Assembly (NCBI GenBank): GCA_021817065.1
Contig: JAKAWH010000003.1
Coordinates: 1-60,895 of the forward strand
DNA length: 60,895 nucleotides
From: Actinomycetes bacterium
GTDB taxonomy: Bacteria; Actinomycetota; Acidimicrobiia; Acidimicrobiales; JAKAVM01
Direction: 5' to 3'
Each line of letters begins with the position of its first letter. Position 1 is the stretch's first letter. The notes under the pieces were generated by a model. That model was not told where the DNA came from, did not search any database, and saw nothing but the letters and a program-made list of their open reading frames with translations. Made by a program: the position numbers and the translations under genes. Positions 39,574-49,304 of the stretch are shown here, piece by piece.

Positions 39574-40878
39574 TCAAGTCCTGCCCGCGCGAAGATGCCG
39601 TTTGGTCACGCCGGCTCGGCGGGCATATCGGCCGACGTGGGCAGGACGGGTGGACTCGCGGTCGGATCGATGACTTCCCGCGCCGCGTGAACGCTCGCCA
39701 ACCGACTGGCCCGCGACGTTGAACACCATTCCCATCGCGATCATCATCACCACGAGAGACGAGCCCCCGTACGAGATGAACGGAAGAGGCACGCCGGTCA
39801 CCGGCATCAACCCCACTACGGTTCCCATGTTCACCACCGCCTGCCCCACGACCCAGCAGGTGACGCCGCCTACCAGAAGCATCCCGAAACGATCGGGAGA
39901 GCGCCGGGCGATTCGGATTCCCACCACCGCCAGCAAGGCGAACAGGCCGACGATCACCAGTGTGCCGATTACACCCAGTTCCTCGCCGATCACCGTGAAG
40001 ATAAAATCGGTATAGGCATTGGGCAAGAATCCCCATTTGGCTCGCCCAGCTCCCAATCCCACCCCCCACAGATGGCCGGAGCCGAGAGCACTGAGTGACT
40101 GGACTACTTGGTACCCGGCGTTGTTTCGCTGGGCGAAGGGGTGCAGGAACGAGGTCATTCGCTGGCGGCGATATGGAGCCGACAAGGCGAACACCACCGC
40201 GGCCACCACCACCGCGCTCCCGAAGAAGCCAAGCTGCCGACCGGGTACCTCTCCAAGGTAGAGGAGCCCCAGCGCTGCCATCACCAGAATCATGGCGGTG
40301 CCCATGTCGGGCTGCTTGAGGATCAAGAGGGACATGAACCCCATGACGATGGCGAATGGTCGCAGGCAGGAGCGCCATTCACCGATCTTCTCGCTGCGGC
40401 GTGCGAGGAGATCGGCCCCGAAGAGGATGAAGGCGAGCTTGGCCAGCTCTGACGGCTGGAGCTTGAGTGGACCCGCTCCCACCCATCTGGTCGAGCCGTC
40501 CGCGTGGTGGCCAAGGCCCGGGACCAGCACAACCATGAGGAGGCAGCAAGCGATCCCGAGGATCGGCACCGAGAAACGCTGCCATTGCCGGTAGTCCACC
40601 CGGGATACCAGCACGAAAGCCGCCGTTCCGATGACCACCCAGAGCAACTGGTGCTCGAACACCGACCAGGGCGTCCCATACTGCTGGATCGACTCGACCG
40701 ACGACGCTGAGAGGATCATCACCATACCGACGACGTTCAAGAGGACTAGGAGCCAGAGGAAGATGGTTCGTTCGGTGAGCGATGTGCGCTCACCCAGGTC
40801 TCTGGACGTGCCCTTCGACGAACGGTATCGGTGGACCGGGCTAGCCCCCGCCCGCCGGAGAGAAACCAGTGCCTTCAT
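39574..40878 (-). CDS. ftsW: SEDS-family peptidoglycan polymerase FtsW
   Basis: Polytopic SEDS pattern (PSELAKL, GLMPVTGVPLPFISYGGSS). The ATG at 40878 overlaps the murD stop (ATGA). Confidence 0.88.
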   Translation of the reverse strand: MKALVSLRRAGASPVHRYRSSKGTSRDLGERTSLTERTIFLWLLVLLNVVGMVMILSASSVESIQQYGTPWSVFEHQLLWVVIGTAAFVLVSRVDYRQWQRFSVPILGIACCLLMVVLVPGLGHHADGSTRWVGAGPLKLQPSELAKLAFILFGADLLARRSEKIGEWRSCLRPFAIVMGFMSLLILKQPDMGTAMILVMAALGLLYLGEVPGRQLGFFGSAVVVAAVVFALSAPYRRQRMTSFLHPFAQRNNAGYQVVQSLSALGSGHLWGVGLGAGRAKWGFLPNAYTDFIFTVIGEELGVIGTLVIVGLFALLAVVGIRIARRSPDRFGMLLVGGVTCWVVGQAVVNMGTVVGLMPVTGVPLPFISYGGSSLVVMMIAMGMVFNVAGQSVGERSRGAGSHRSDRESTRPAHVGRYARRAGVTKRHLRAGRT

Positions 40879-42266
40879 CTTCCCTCCTTGATCTGCCGGC
40901 GAACCGCCCGGGCGTAATCGTCCCCGCGCTCCCCGTAGGAGCGGTACCAGTCGAACGAAGCGCAACCAGGTGATAGGAGCACTGCGTCGCCGGGACGGGC
41001 CATCTCGGTGGCTCGGCGGACAGCCTCCTCCATCGACGGGGCGCGCACCACCTGACAGTCCAAGGTGACCGAGCGAAACGCCTCCTCCACCTCGCCGGCG
41101 GACTCGCCGATCGCGACCACTCCCCGGCAGCGCTCCGCCTGGCTGGCCAGAGGGGAGAGGTCCAGGCCCTTGTTTCGCCCACCGGCTATCAGCACCACCG
41201 AGGTGAATCCGGCCAGAGCCGCCTCGACCGAAGCTGGAGTGGTCGCCTTAGAGTCGTCGAAATACCGTACGCCTAGCTTTTCTCCCACCAACTCGATCCG
41301 GTGGCGGAGCCCGCTGAATTCCCGGAGGACCCGGGAACACGCGTCGGAATTGGCTCCTGCCTCCAACGCCGCCGCCGATGCCGCCAGCCCGTTGACCAGA
41401 TCGTGAGGAAACGATCGGGCCATTTCAGCGATGGGGACGATCACCGTCCCGCCGGGACTCCGGAGAGCGCCGTCCTCGATCCGGTAGTCACCCTTCTCGA
41501 AACCGAAGGAGATCACGCGGGACGGAGCGCTGTAACCCGCAGACATCACCGTCGGATCGTTGGCATTGACGATAGCGAGGTCCCCCTCCCCCTGGTTGGC
41601 CCAGATCCGGGCCTTCGCGGCAACGTACTCCTCCACAGAGCGATGGACGTCCAGATGATCCTCCGACAGGTTCAACCACACCGCGATGTCGGGCCGGAAA
41701 GTTCGGGTAAGGGCGAGCTGGAATGACGAGGTCTCCACCACCACAGCACGGATCGGCTCCTTCCCGGACTCGCGTGCGCCTCGCACGGTCGCCAGCGCGT
41801 CGAGGAGGGGGACCCCGATGTTGCCGGCGGCGACAGCAGTTACGCCCGCCTCTGCCAGCATCCGGACGATCATGGTGACGACAGTGGTCTTCCCGTTGGT
41901 CCCGGTCACCGCCACCACAGTCGGTGGGGCCTCCAGGGATGCCAATTCGGTCCCGGCTAGCTCGATCTCCGTCGTCACCGCGAGCCCGAGCGAATCGCAG
42001 AGCGAGAAGACCGGATGGGACGGGGGCACCCCCGGGCTCACCACCGCCCCCGAAGAACCGGCAAGCACCTTCGACAGGTGCCCGCGGTCGGGAGCGCTGA
42101 CGAGCGGCACGTCGAGCTGGGCAGCGCTAGCCACCACTGCTTCATCGGTCGCGTCGTCGACGACCACGACCGGGCGACCTCCGGCCAGCAGGTAGCGCAC
42201 CACCGCTTCGCCGGTGACGCCCAGTCCGATCACCACCACCGGCCGAGAGGAGACTTCGTCGCTCAC
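40875..42266 (-). CDS. murD: UDP-N-acetylmuramoylalanine-D-glutamate ligase
   Basis: VVVIGLGVTGEAVVRYL Rossmann N-terminus and GTNGKTTV. The start was chosen as the GTG at 42266; upstream alternatives would overlap mraY. Confidence 0.85.
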   Translation of the reverse strand: MSDEVSSRPVVVIGLGVTGEAVVRYLLAGGRPVVVVDDATDEAVVASAAQLDVPLVSAPDRGHLSKVLAGSSGAVVSPGVPPSHPVFSLCDSLGLAVTTEIELAGTELASLEAPPTVVAVTGTNGKTTVVTMIVRMLAEAGVTAVAAGNIGVPLLDALATVRGARESGKEPIRAVVVETSSFQLALTRTFRPDIAVWLNLSEDHLDVHRSVEEYVAAKARIWANQGEGDLAIVNANDPTVMSAGYSAPSRVISFGFEKGDYRIEDGALRSPGGTVIVPIAEMARSFPHDLVNGLAASAAALEAGANSDACSRVLREFSGLRHRIELVGEKLGVRYFDDSKATTPASVEAALAGFTSVVLIAGGRNKGLDLSPLASQAERCRGVVAIGESAGEVEEAFRSVTLDCQVVRAPSMEEAVRRATEMARPGDAVLLSPGCASFDWYRSYGERGDDYARAVRRQIKEGR

Positions 42267-42312
42267 TGGGCGATGCCCCTCTTGCCGAATCGCTTGGCCG
42301 ATTCCCAACCGT

Positions 42313-43347
42313 TCACGAAACCAAGCCCAGGGACACGAAGTCGGCATAGAAAATTCCAAGAGCGAGTGCGGTGCAGAGCCCCGCAATGATCCAGAAACGG
42401 ACGATCACCGTGGTCTCGGGCCACCCGATCAGCTCGAAGTGGTGATGGAGGGGCGCCATCTTGAAGACGCGGCGACGGAACAGGCGGAAGCTCACCACCT
42501 GGATGATCACCGAGAGGGTCACCACCACGAAGAGACCGCCCAGGAGCGGGAGGAGCAGGTCGAGATTCATCTGGAGACACAAGGCGGCCAGACCCGAACC
42601 GATCGCGAGGGAACCGGTGTCTCCCATGAAGATCTTCGCGGGAGCTGCATTCCACCAGAGGAATCCCGCACACGCCCCGGCAAGAGCGGTGGCGACCAGA
42701 GCTAGGTCGAGAGCCGGGTGCACGTGGTAGATGGCGAAATGCCGGTACTGCCAGTAGCCGACGATCGACAGGAACGAGAAGTTGAAGACCGCCGACCCCG
42801 AAGCCAGCCCGTCCAGCCCGTCGGTCAGGTTGACGGCGTTGGCAGTGCCGGTGAGGACGAAGACGGCGAAGATCGCCCACCCGATCTTGCCCAGGTCGAT
42901 GCCCGTCGAGGTGTATCGGGTGAACGAGAGGTGGGTGTCGACGCCTGACCAATAGAGCGAGAGGAGAACGTACACGAGAGCCACTATGAGCTGGCCCCCA
43001 AACTTGGTCCGCTTGGACAACCCCAGGTTCCTCTGGTGCCGGACCTTCAGCCAATCGTCAAGCAACCCGACGAATCCGGCAAGCGCGACAGTGAGAACGA
43101 CGATCAGGCCCGATCGCCAATAGGGGACACCGATGACCAGGTGGCCGACCATGTAACCCACGATGACTGCCACCACGATGGCGATACCCCCCATGGTGGG
43201 CGTACCCGCCTTGGTGGTGTGACCGGAGGGCCCGTCCTCGCGAATCTGCTGCCCGATTCCGTGGGCGCGCAACCATCGGATGAGCAAAGCCACCGTACCC
43301 GCGGCCAGGAGCATGGCCGCAGCACCGGCGGAGAGGATGGCGATCAT
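42313..43347 (-). CDS. mraY: phospho-N-acetylmuramoyl-pentapeptide transferase
   Basis: QQIREDGPSGHTTKAGTPTMGG and NAVNLTDGLDGLA motifs. 344 aa. Confidence 0.92.
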   Translation of the reverse strand: MIAILSAGAAAMLLAAGTVALLIRWLRAHGIGQQIREDGPSGHTTKAGTPTMGGIAIVVAVIVGYMVGHLVIGVPYWRSGLIVVLTVALAGFVGLLDDWLKVRHQRNLGLSKRTKFGGQLIVALVYVLLSLYWSGVDTHLSFTRYTSTGIDLGKIGWAIFAVFVLTGTANAVNLTDGLDGLASGSAVFNFSFLSIVGYWQYRHFAIYHVHPALDLALVATALAGACAGFLWWNAAPAKIFMGDTGSLAIGSGLAALCLQMNLDLLLPLLGGLFVVVTLSVIIQVVSFRLFRRRVFKMAPLHHHFELIGWPETTVIVRFWIIAGLCTALALGIFYADFVSLGLVS

Positions 43348-44798
43348 CGTTCGGTACCGCGGCGAGCAAGGAGCCCGGCTGCCACTTCCCGGTCGTCGAA
43401 GGGAACTCGCCGGCCGGCCATCTCCTGGCCGGTCTCGTGGCCTTTTCCGGCGATGAGGAGGATGCCGTCGGGGCCGGCCATCTCGATGCCGGCAGCGATG
43501 GCCCTTTCGCGGTCCGGCTCGATCCGCAGCTCGGCCCGGCTGCCCGGTCGGAAACCTCCGGCTATCTCGCCGATGATGGAGGCGGGGTCCTCACCGCGCG
43601 GGTTGTCCGACGTGACGATCGCTACGTCGGTACAGTCTCCGGCGACCCGTCCCATTTCAGGTCGCTTGGAACGATCCCGGTTGCCCCCGCAGCCGAACAC
43701 CACTACCAGGCGTCGCCCCGGGGCGAGCTCGGCGAGGGCTGCGCATGCTGCGGACAGGCCATCAGGGGTGTGGGCGAAGTCGACGAAGACTGTTGGGGAG
43801 CAAGCCGGGGAAGGGACCCTTTCAAGGCGTCCCGGAACGCCAGGTAGATCCGAAAGTCCCCGGACGATGTCGTCGTTTTCGATACCGAGCACTTGTGCCG
43901 CCCGGAATGCCCCGACCGCATTGGCCACGTTGAACCGTCCCGCGAGACCGATCCGGACAGGGACTCCATCCAGTTCGAAGGTCGACCCCCCCTGGTCCAT
44001 GTGGAGCGCGGTTACCTCTTCGACCGAAAAGGACCGAACCGGAATCTCTGACTGTCGTTCGAGCCGACGCCCCCACGAGTCGTCGATCCCGATCACCCCG
44101 GCGCGGGCATGGCGGGGAGTGAAAAGCTCAGCCTTGGCGGCAAAATACTCCTCGATGCTGTGATGAAAGTCGAGATGGTCGTGGCCGAGGTTGGTGAAGA
44201 CAGCGACGTCGAAGATGATCCCGTCCACCCTGTGGCCCGCCATCCCATGCGAGGAGATTTCCATCGCCACCGCCTGCTCTCCCTCCGCCACCCGCTTGGC
44301 CAGGACCCTCTGCAATTCGGGTGCATCCGGCGTGGTCATAGGCCCGCTCAGAGTGCCAAGGGGGGTGGACTTCCACCCGCGTGCACGGAAGATCGACGAA
44401 AGAAGGTGTGTGACGGTGGTCTTCCCGTTGGTACCGGTCACCCCTGCCATCGTCATCCGGTCAGCCGGGTGGTCCCAGAGGGTTGCCGCAATCTCGGCCA
44501 TCGCAGCACGCACATCGTGTTTCCGTACCTGCACCTGTGGAACCTCCACCTCCACCTCCCTGGAGCACAGGACAGCAACAGCCCCCCGGTCCACCGCCTC
44601 TGCCGCGAAATCGTGCCCGTCCCGGGTTCCGCCTGCAATGCAACAGAAGAGCGAGCCTGGCTCGCATCTACGGGTGTCGCAGCACACGGAGGTGACCGAC
44701 ACCCCTGTTAGATTTCCCCGGATCTCCTGCACGGGACTGTCGCCGCGCATCCTCTCCAGCAGTGCGTTCAATGGGGTGCCCACCTTCCGATAATCCAC
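43344..44798 (-). CDS. murE: UDP-MurNAc-L-Ala-D-Glu:meso-diaminopimelate ligase
   Basis: CDTRRCEPGSLFCCIAGGTRDGHDF, GVTGTNGKTT, AMEISSHG and the MurE-specific DNPR motif (VTSDNPRGEDP). The stop overlaps the mraY ATG (ATGA). Confidence 0.88.
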   Translation of the reverse strand: MDYRKVGTPLNALLERMRGDSPVQEIRGNLTGVSVTSVCCDTRRCEPGSLFCCIAGGTRDGHDFAAEAVDRGAVAVLCSREVEVEVPQVQVRKHDVRAAMAEIAATLWDHPADRMTMAGVTGTNGKTTVTHLLSSIFRARGWKSTPLGTLSGPMTTPDAPELQRVLAKRVAEGEQAVAMEISSHGMAGHRVDGIIFDVAVFTNLGHDHLDFHHSIEEYFAAKAELFTPRHARAGVIGIDDSWGRRLERQSEIPVRSFSVEEVTALHMDQGGSTFELDGVPVRIGLAGRFNVANAVGAFRAAQVLGIENDDIVRGLSDLPGVPGRLERVPSPACSPTVFVDFAHTPDGLSAACAALAELAPGRRLVVVFGCGGNRDRSKRPEMGRVAGDCTDVAIVTSDNPRGEDPASIIGEIAGGFRPGSRAELRIEPDRERAIAAGIEMAGPDGILLIAGKGHETGQEMAGRRVPFDDREVAAGLLARRGTER

Positions 44799-44875
44799 GG
44801 AAGTTCACTCACCTGTCACATCCGCACCGAGCGAACGGCGCCGATCCCCGGGCACGGAGGGAGGCAGGGACCCTT

Positions 44876-46795
44876 TCAGCCACCAGTCACATCCGAGCTG
44901 AGCGGAACCGTGGTGGAGGAGGACCCCGTGGCGGGAGGAGCAGCCGGTGCCTGAAGAGTGACGGTCCCTCCGTTAACGTCCGCCGGAGGCGGGATGGCAA
45001 GCACCCGGAGTGAATACCGTGCGATCTGGGCGAACACCGGCGCTGCCACCGAACCGCCGTAAATGGATGTCTTCGGGTCCTGGAGGGACACCACGATGGT
45101 CAGGGCCGGTGCCTGCGCCGGGACGAACCCGACAAAAGTCGCCATGAACTGGCCCGCGAGGTACCCCGGCCCCTTCGGGTTGGGGATCTGGGCAGTGCCG
45201 GTCTTGCCGGCCACCGTGTACCCGGGGACCACCGCTTCAGCTCCGGTCCCCGCAGAAACCACCTGCTCCAGCATGCCTCGCAATTCCCCGGCGATGGCGG
45301 AGCTCAGGACCCGGTGGGTTGGGGCCGGTGCCACTGCAACCCGGTCGCCCTTCGAGTTCATGGTGGCCTCGACCAGGCGCGGCGGGACAAAGACGCCGCC
45401 ATTGGCGATGACGTTGTATGCATCGGCGATCTGCAAAGGAGTCACTGCCGCGTCCTGGCCGATCGGATCGGACCCGATGGTCGATCCGTCCCACTGGGAG
45501 AGGGGGATCAATATCCCGTTGCTCTCGCCCGGGAAGGCCAGGCCGCTGGGCTCACCGAAGCCGAACAGGCGCATGTACCGGTCGACCCGGGCTGCTCCGA
45601 GCTTCTGGGCGATCTCGATCGTCCCGATGTTGGAGGACTGAGCCAGAATCTCGGTGGCGCTGAGGGTCTCGGTCCCATGGCTCTCGGCATCGTGGAACGC
45701 ATAGCCACCAACCTCGAGCTGGGGAGGCACGGTGAACATCGTGGTTGGATCGATGATTCCCTCGTTCAATGCTCCGGCGAAGGTGGTTACCTTCATCACC
45801 GATCCCGGCTCGAAGACAGCGTCGGTGGCCAGGTTATAGCCCGCCTCCCTCGGAGTCGCCGCCGGCGCCGTGCCAGCCTCGAGGTTAGCCATGGCCAGGA
45901 TTCCCCCGGAATGGGAATCGAGCACCACCACGGTCCCTGCCTTGGCACCGCTGATCTGGATCTCGCTCGCCAGGGCCGCCTCCGCCTCGTACTGGATTGA
46001 GGTGTCCAGGGTGAGCAGCACGCCTGTACCCGGGCGGGCCGCCCGAACCAGCTGGGTGCTACCCGGGATCTGGCTCCCTCCCGGTCCTTCCTCCTCGAAC
46101 ATCTGGCCCGCCCGGCCGGCCAGCTCACCCTGGAGCTGGGCTTCCAGACCGGAGAGGCCGGTGCCGTCCACGCCCACCAAACCCAGCAGAGGCAACGCCA
46201 GAGCACCGTTGGGGTCGAATCTCTTCGGTTCGGTTAAGAACCCGATGCCCGCCAGGTGGAGGGCCTTCGCCGCGTCTCCGGCGTGATTGCCTATCTCGCG
46301 GGCTAGGTAGACGAAACCGACGTTCTCGCGCAGTTCGCGTTCGAGCTGCGCCTCGGGAACTCCCAACACGGGAGCCAACTGGGTCGCCTCGCCAGCCGGA
46401 TCGCTGATCTGGTGGGGGTCCGCGTAGACGGTGGTCTCGGGTATCGACGTGGCAAGAAGGTTCCCGTTCCGGTCGAATATCTCGCCCCGGGGTGCGGCAA
46501 TTGTGACAAGGTGCTCGAGCTGCGAGTTGTCATAGGCGGCATATTTTGCCGAAGAGGTGATCTGGACGTTGATCAGGCGCGCCCCGATCAACAGGAAGAG
46601 AAGGAAGAACACGACGAGGAGCACCCCGAGGCGCCGCTTCGGTTGCCCATTCCCCGCTGCGTTTTTTCGGTGACGGGACCTGCCTGAAGGGAATTCCGCA
46701 CTATGCGTGTGCAGCCGACCACTCGGATTCGGTCCGCGGAAATGCTGGACCGACCGGGAGCCGGGCTCGGAAGCCCCGAGACGAGGGGGCCTCAC
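44876..46795 (-). CDS. ftsI: class B penicillin-binding protein (FtsI-type transpeptidase)
   Basis: SxxK (SVMK), SSN and KTGT motifs are present, with an N-terminal TM. The GTG at 46795 overlaps the ftsL stop (GTGA). The upstream part of the track ORF was discarded. Confidence 0.85.
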   Translation of the reverse strand: MRPPRLGASEPGSRSVQHFRGPNPSGRLHTHSAEFPSGRSRHRKNAAGNGQPKRRLGVLLVVFFLLFLLIGARLINVQITSSAKYAAYDNSQLEHLVTIAAPRGEIFDRNGNLLATSIPETTVYADPHQISDPAGEATQLAPVLGVPEAQLERELRENVGFVYLAREIGNHAGDAAKALHLAGIGFLTEPKRFDPNGALALPLLGLVGVDGTGLSGLEAQLQGELAGRAGQMFEEEGPGGSQIPGSTQLVRAARPGTGVLLTLDTSIQYEAEAALASEIQISGAKAGTVVVLDSHSGGILAMANLEAGTAPAATPREAGYNLATDAVFEPGSVMKVTTFAGALNEGIIDPTTMFTVPPQLEVGGYAFHDAESHGTETLSATEILAQSSNIGTIEIAQKLGAARVDRYMRLFGFGEPSGLAFPGESNGILIPLSQWDGSTIGSDPIGQDAAVTPLQIADAYNVIANGGVFVPPRLVEATMNSKGDRVAVAPAPTHRVLSSAIAGELRGMLEQVVSAGTGAEAVVPGYTVAGKTGTAQIPNPKGPGYLAGQFMATFVGFVPAQAPALTIVVSLQDPKTSIYGGSVAAPVFAQIARYSLRVLAIPPPADVNGGTVTLQAPAAPPATGSSSTTVPLSSDVTGG

Positions 46796-47406
46796 CGTCC
46801 CGGAGCCCGTGCCCTGGCGGATCCTGATGGGGAAGTGGACGTCGATGAGGGCGACGGCTGTACACCCGCCGCCGCGCGCGGAGTGACAGGCGACATGGCA
46901 ACCGGAACTAGGTAGGTCACCTGTGACGGAGTCACCATGCCTAGGGCCTCCGCGGAGGCGATGATCTTCTGCGGTGCCTCGAGTTGGGCGAGCCGGAATT
47001 GGAGTGTGGTCTGACGGGCCTGGGCGTTCGCTACCTGCTCTTGCATGGCGTCGATACGGAACTGCTTCTGGTCGATGACGACGTGAGCCACCACCACCAT
47101 GAAGATGCCGGCCACCGCTACTGCAATCGCTGCGGTCCGCACCGCCGTCGACTGCCACGGCGAGCGGGAAACCACCTCGGCGGGCCGGCGAGCGGTGGAC
47201 CGAGCAGGAACCCGAATCGCGGGAGTACCCCTTTTCTTGCGAGTCGAAGGTTCGATAACCCGCATCCGGCTCTCACGTACCGCGCGCTCTTGTCGACCGG
47301 CCCCAGCCAATACCGCGCTCTCTCGTTGAGCGGCCCCAGCCAATACCGCGCGCTCTCGTTGAGCGGCCCCAGCCCGCGACGGCGCCGACGAGGCCGCAGG
47401 AGTCAC
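46792..47406 (-). CDS. ftsL: FtsL-like division protein (Arg-rich tail, TM, coiled coil, Pro/Ser tail)
   Basis: Position between rsmH and ftsI. TM segment AAIAVAVAGIFMVVVAHVVI followed by a heptad-like QKQFRIDAMQEQVANAQARQTTLQFRLAQLE. The GTG at 47406 overlaps the rsmH stop. Confidence 0.7.
   Translation of the reverse strand: MTPAASSAPSRAGAAQRERAVLAGAAQRESAVLAGAGRQERAVRESRMRVIEPSTRKKRGTPAIRVPARSTARRPAEVVSRSPWQSTAVRTAAIAVAVAGIFMVVVAHVVIDQKQFRIDAMQEQVANAQARQTTLQFRLAQLEAPQKIIASAEALGMVTPSQVTYLVPVAMSPVTPRAAAGVQPSPSSTSTSPSGSARARAPGR
47265..47374. repeat. 33-bp tandem repeat in the ftsL 5' end (2.3 near-perfect copies plus one degenerate copy)
   Basis: cggccccagccaataccgcgc[t/g]ctctcgttgag occurs at 47298 and 47331 with 1 mismatch. 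A partial copy lies at 47364-47374 and a degenerate copy at 47265-47297. It encodes AGAAQRE(R/S)AVL. Confidence 0.9.
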
Positions 47407-48359
47407 CGGAGCTCCGGAGCGGGCACCACCTCGACGACCCTCAAACGGGCCGACGCGGCACGCCGGTTGCTCGCCACCTCCGCTTCAGAGGGCCGGATCG
47501 CCCCGCTACGCCGGACGAACGCGGCCCTCGGACGAGCTCCGCACACGCAGGGCAATCCGGAGGGACACGAGCACCCACCGGTGACCGCCTCGACAAACGC
47601 CCTCTTGACGATACGATCTTCCCCCGAGTGATATGAGATAACGCATATTCGGCCGGACGGGACCACCACATCTAGCGCCTGCCCGAGGGCGGCGCGCAAG
47701 ACGTCCAGCTCGCCGTTCACCGCAATGCGAATCGCCTGGAAGACCCGCGTGGCCGGATGTCCTCCGTGCCGCCGAGCCCGGGCCGGGATGGCGGACTTAA
47801 CCGCTTCGGCGAGCTCCAGTGTGGTGGAAAGAGGGCGCGCCGCTACGATAGCCCGGGCAATCGCCCGGGCATAGACCGGCTCCCCGTTGGCGGCGATCAG
47901 CTCGGCCAAGTGGCGCGGATCCATCGCATTCACCACGTCGGCGGCGGTCAACCCACCCGATGCGTCCATTCTCATGTCCAGGGGACCTCCCTGGCGGTAC
48001 GAAAACCCCCGCCGGGCAACGTCGAGCTGGTGCGAACTAACCCCCAAGTCGAAAAGCACACCGGTCACCGGCTCCGCGCCACGGGCGCGGACGATCGCCG
48101 CCAAGGCGTCGAAGCGACCCTGCACTACCCGAGCGCGGGAACCGAATTCGGCAAGTTCCGCAGTGGCAGCAGCCACCGCCTCCTCATCTGCATCGATCCC
48201 CAGAACTGTCACGCCGGGATGGGATTCCAGGATCGCCCGGCTGTGCCCACCACCACCAACGGTGGCATCGACCACCGTTCCGCTCGGCACCCCGACCAAC
48301 AGCTCCACGACTTCGCCGGCCATCACCGGCCGGTGGCGAAAAGTGTCTTCCGAGCTCAT
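47403..48359 (-). CDS. rsmH: 16S rRNA (cytosine1402-N4)-methyltransferase
   Basis: From the ATG at 48359: MSSEDTFRHRPVMAGEVVELL..., DATVGGGGHS SAM motif. The track ORF is extended upstream by 300 non-homologous codons. Confidence 0.88.
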   Translation of the reverse strand: MSSEDTFRHRPVMAGEVVELLVGVPSGTVVDATVGGGGHSRAILESHPGVTVLGIDADEEAVAAATAELAEFGSRARVVQGRFDALAAIVRARGAEPVTGVLFDLGVSSHQLDVARRGFSYRQGGPLDMRMDASGGLTAADVVNAMDPRHLAELIAANGEPVYARAIARAIVAARPLSTTLELAEAVKSAIPARARRHGGHPATRVFQAIRIAVNGELDVLRAALGQALDVVVPSGRICVISYHSGEDRIVKRAFVEAVTGGCSCPSGLPCVCGARPRAAFVRRSGAIRPSEAEVASNRRAASARLRVVEVVPAPELR

Positions 48360-48649
48360 CTGCAACCCCTCGACCGCAAGTGCGCCGCCGGCAGTGCTCC
48401 CCGAACGACGTGGATGGAAGTGGGCGGAGTAGGAGTCTTCCACCACTGCGGTCGAGGGGCTGCGCATGAGCCCCGATTGCTGGATACTGCGTCCGGCGCC
48501 GGGTTCGCCCCCCGCCGTCCGCAATCTGGTTATCGCCCCGTACAGCTCGGTGGGCGTCGCCCCTCGTCCGGAGGAGCCAGCGGGCCGGCACCCGCTCAAT
48601 CTCCCTCGCATGGTTCCTCCCCCCCGGACCACGCTCGGGTGCGGCGCGG

Positions 48650-49069
48650 TCAGCCCTCCTCGCGGAGCCTGCCCTCCATGGCCTGCCGGATCGGCTCCCA
48701 GAGTCCGGGATTCCACAGCTCCACCCGGTCGACCGCTCCGTTCACCCACACCGTTCCGGTCAACCCGGCGAACTCCCGCAATCGGGGAGGGATCATCATC
48801 CGCCCCTGCCCGTCCACCGACACCTCCTCCGATGCCTGCGCCCAAAGCCGCATCAAGTTGCGCGCTTCTCCCCCTCCGGCCGCCTCTGCCTGCCGGAGCG
48901 CCAGTTGCCTCTCGAACTCCTCGGGGGTCCACAAGGCAAGACAGCCTCCGTGGTGTTCGGACAGGTACCCGCCGTGCTCGAACGCAGTTCGGAACTTGGC
49001 CGGCAGGATCACCCGCCCCTTCGGGTCGATCGAGTGCTCGTACCCTCCGAAAAACCTTGTCGGTGCCAA
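48650..49069 (-). CDS. mraZ: transcriptional regulator MraZ
   Basis: FFGGYEHSIDPKGRVILPAKFR plus a second DxxxR-type half (VDGQGRMMIPPRLRE). TTG start. First gene of the dcw cluster. Confidence 0.9.
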   Translation of the reverse strand: MAPTRFFGGYEHSIDPKGRVILPAKFRTAFEHGGYLSEHHGGCLALWTPEEFERQLALRQAEAAGGGEARNLMRLWAQASEEVSVDGQGRMMIPPRLREFAGLTGTVWVNGAVDRVELWNPGLWEPIRQAMEGRLREEG

Positions 49070-49161
49070 CTGCTTCCACTTGTCTCCTCGAAATCCGGAC
49101 GCTCACCGGAAGGTCGACCCTTGGTACCCAGATTCGACTGGCTCCCTTTGGACGCCGGATC

Positions 49162-49187
49162 CTCCCCTTTGCTCCACTTCGCACCAC
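49162..49187 (-). promoter_or_regulatory. putative MraZ operator: three hexamer direct repeats at 10-bp spacing
   Basis: The minus strand reads GTGGTG-cgaa-GTGGAG-caaa-GGGGAG (49187 down to 49162). It starts inside the -10 box of the promoter below. Confidence 0.5.
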
Positions 49188-49214
49188 TATAAACCCCAAT
49201 CCACCACACGTCAA
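49186..49214 (-). promoter_or_regulatory. putative dcw (Pmra) promoter
   Basis: The minus strand reads TTGACG (49214-49209), a 17-nt spacer, then TATAGT (49191-49186). It lies about 115 nt upstream of the mraZ start in a lower-GC spacer. Confidence 0.5.
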
Positions 49215-49304
49215 CACTTTGGATCGGAATTTGAGGCATGAGCGCTCCACTATCAGCATTTTTCGGAAAAGGCGGGGCGCTGGCTGGAAGCTTGTGGGGA
49301 AGAT

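Noticed and set aside
48360-48649. The 290-bp mraZ-rsmH spacer as a possible hidden gene or ncRNA.
   Set aside because: The only open frame is the non-homologous upstream extension of rsmH. I saw no convincing hairpin, promoter or conserved-looking motif. A spacer of this size between mraZ and rsmH is not unusual.
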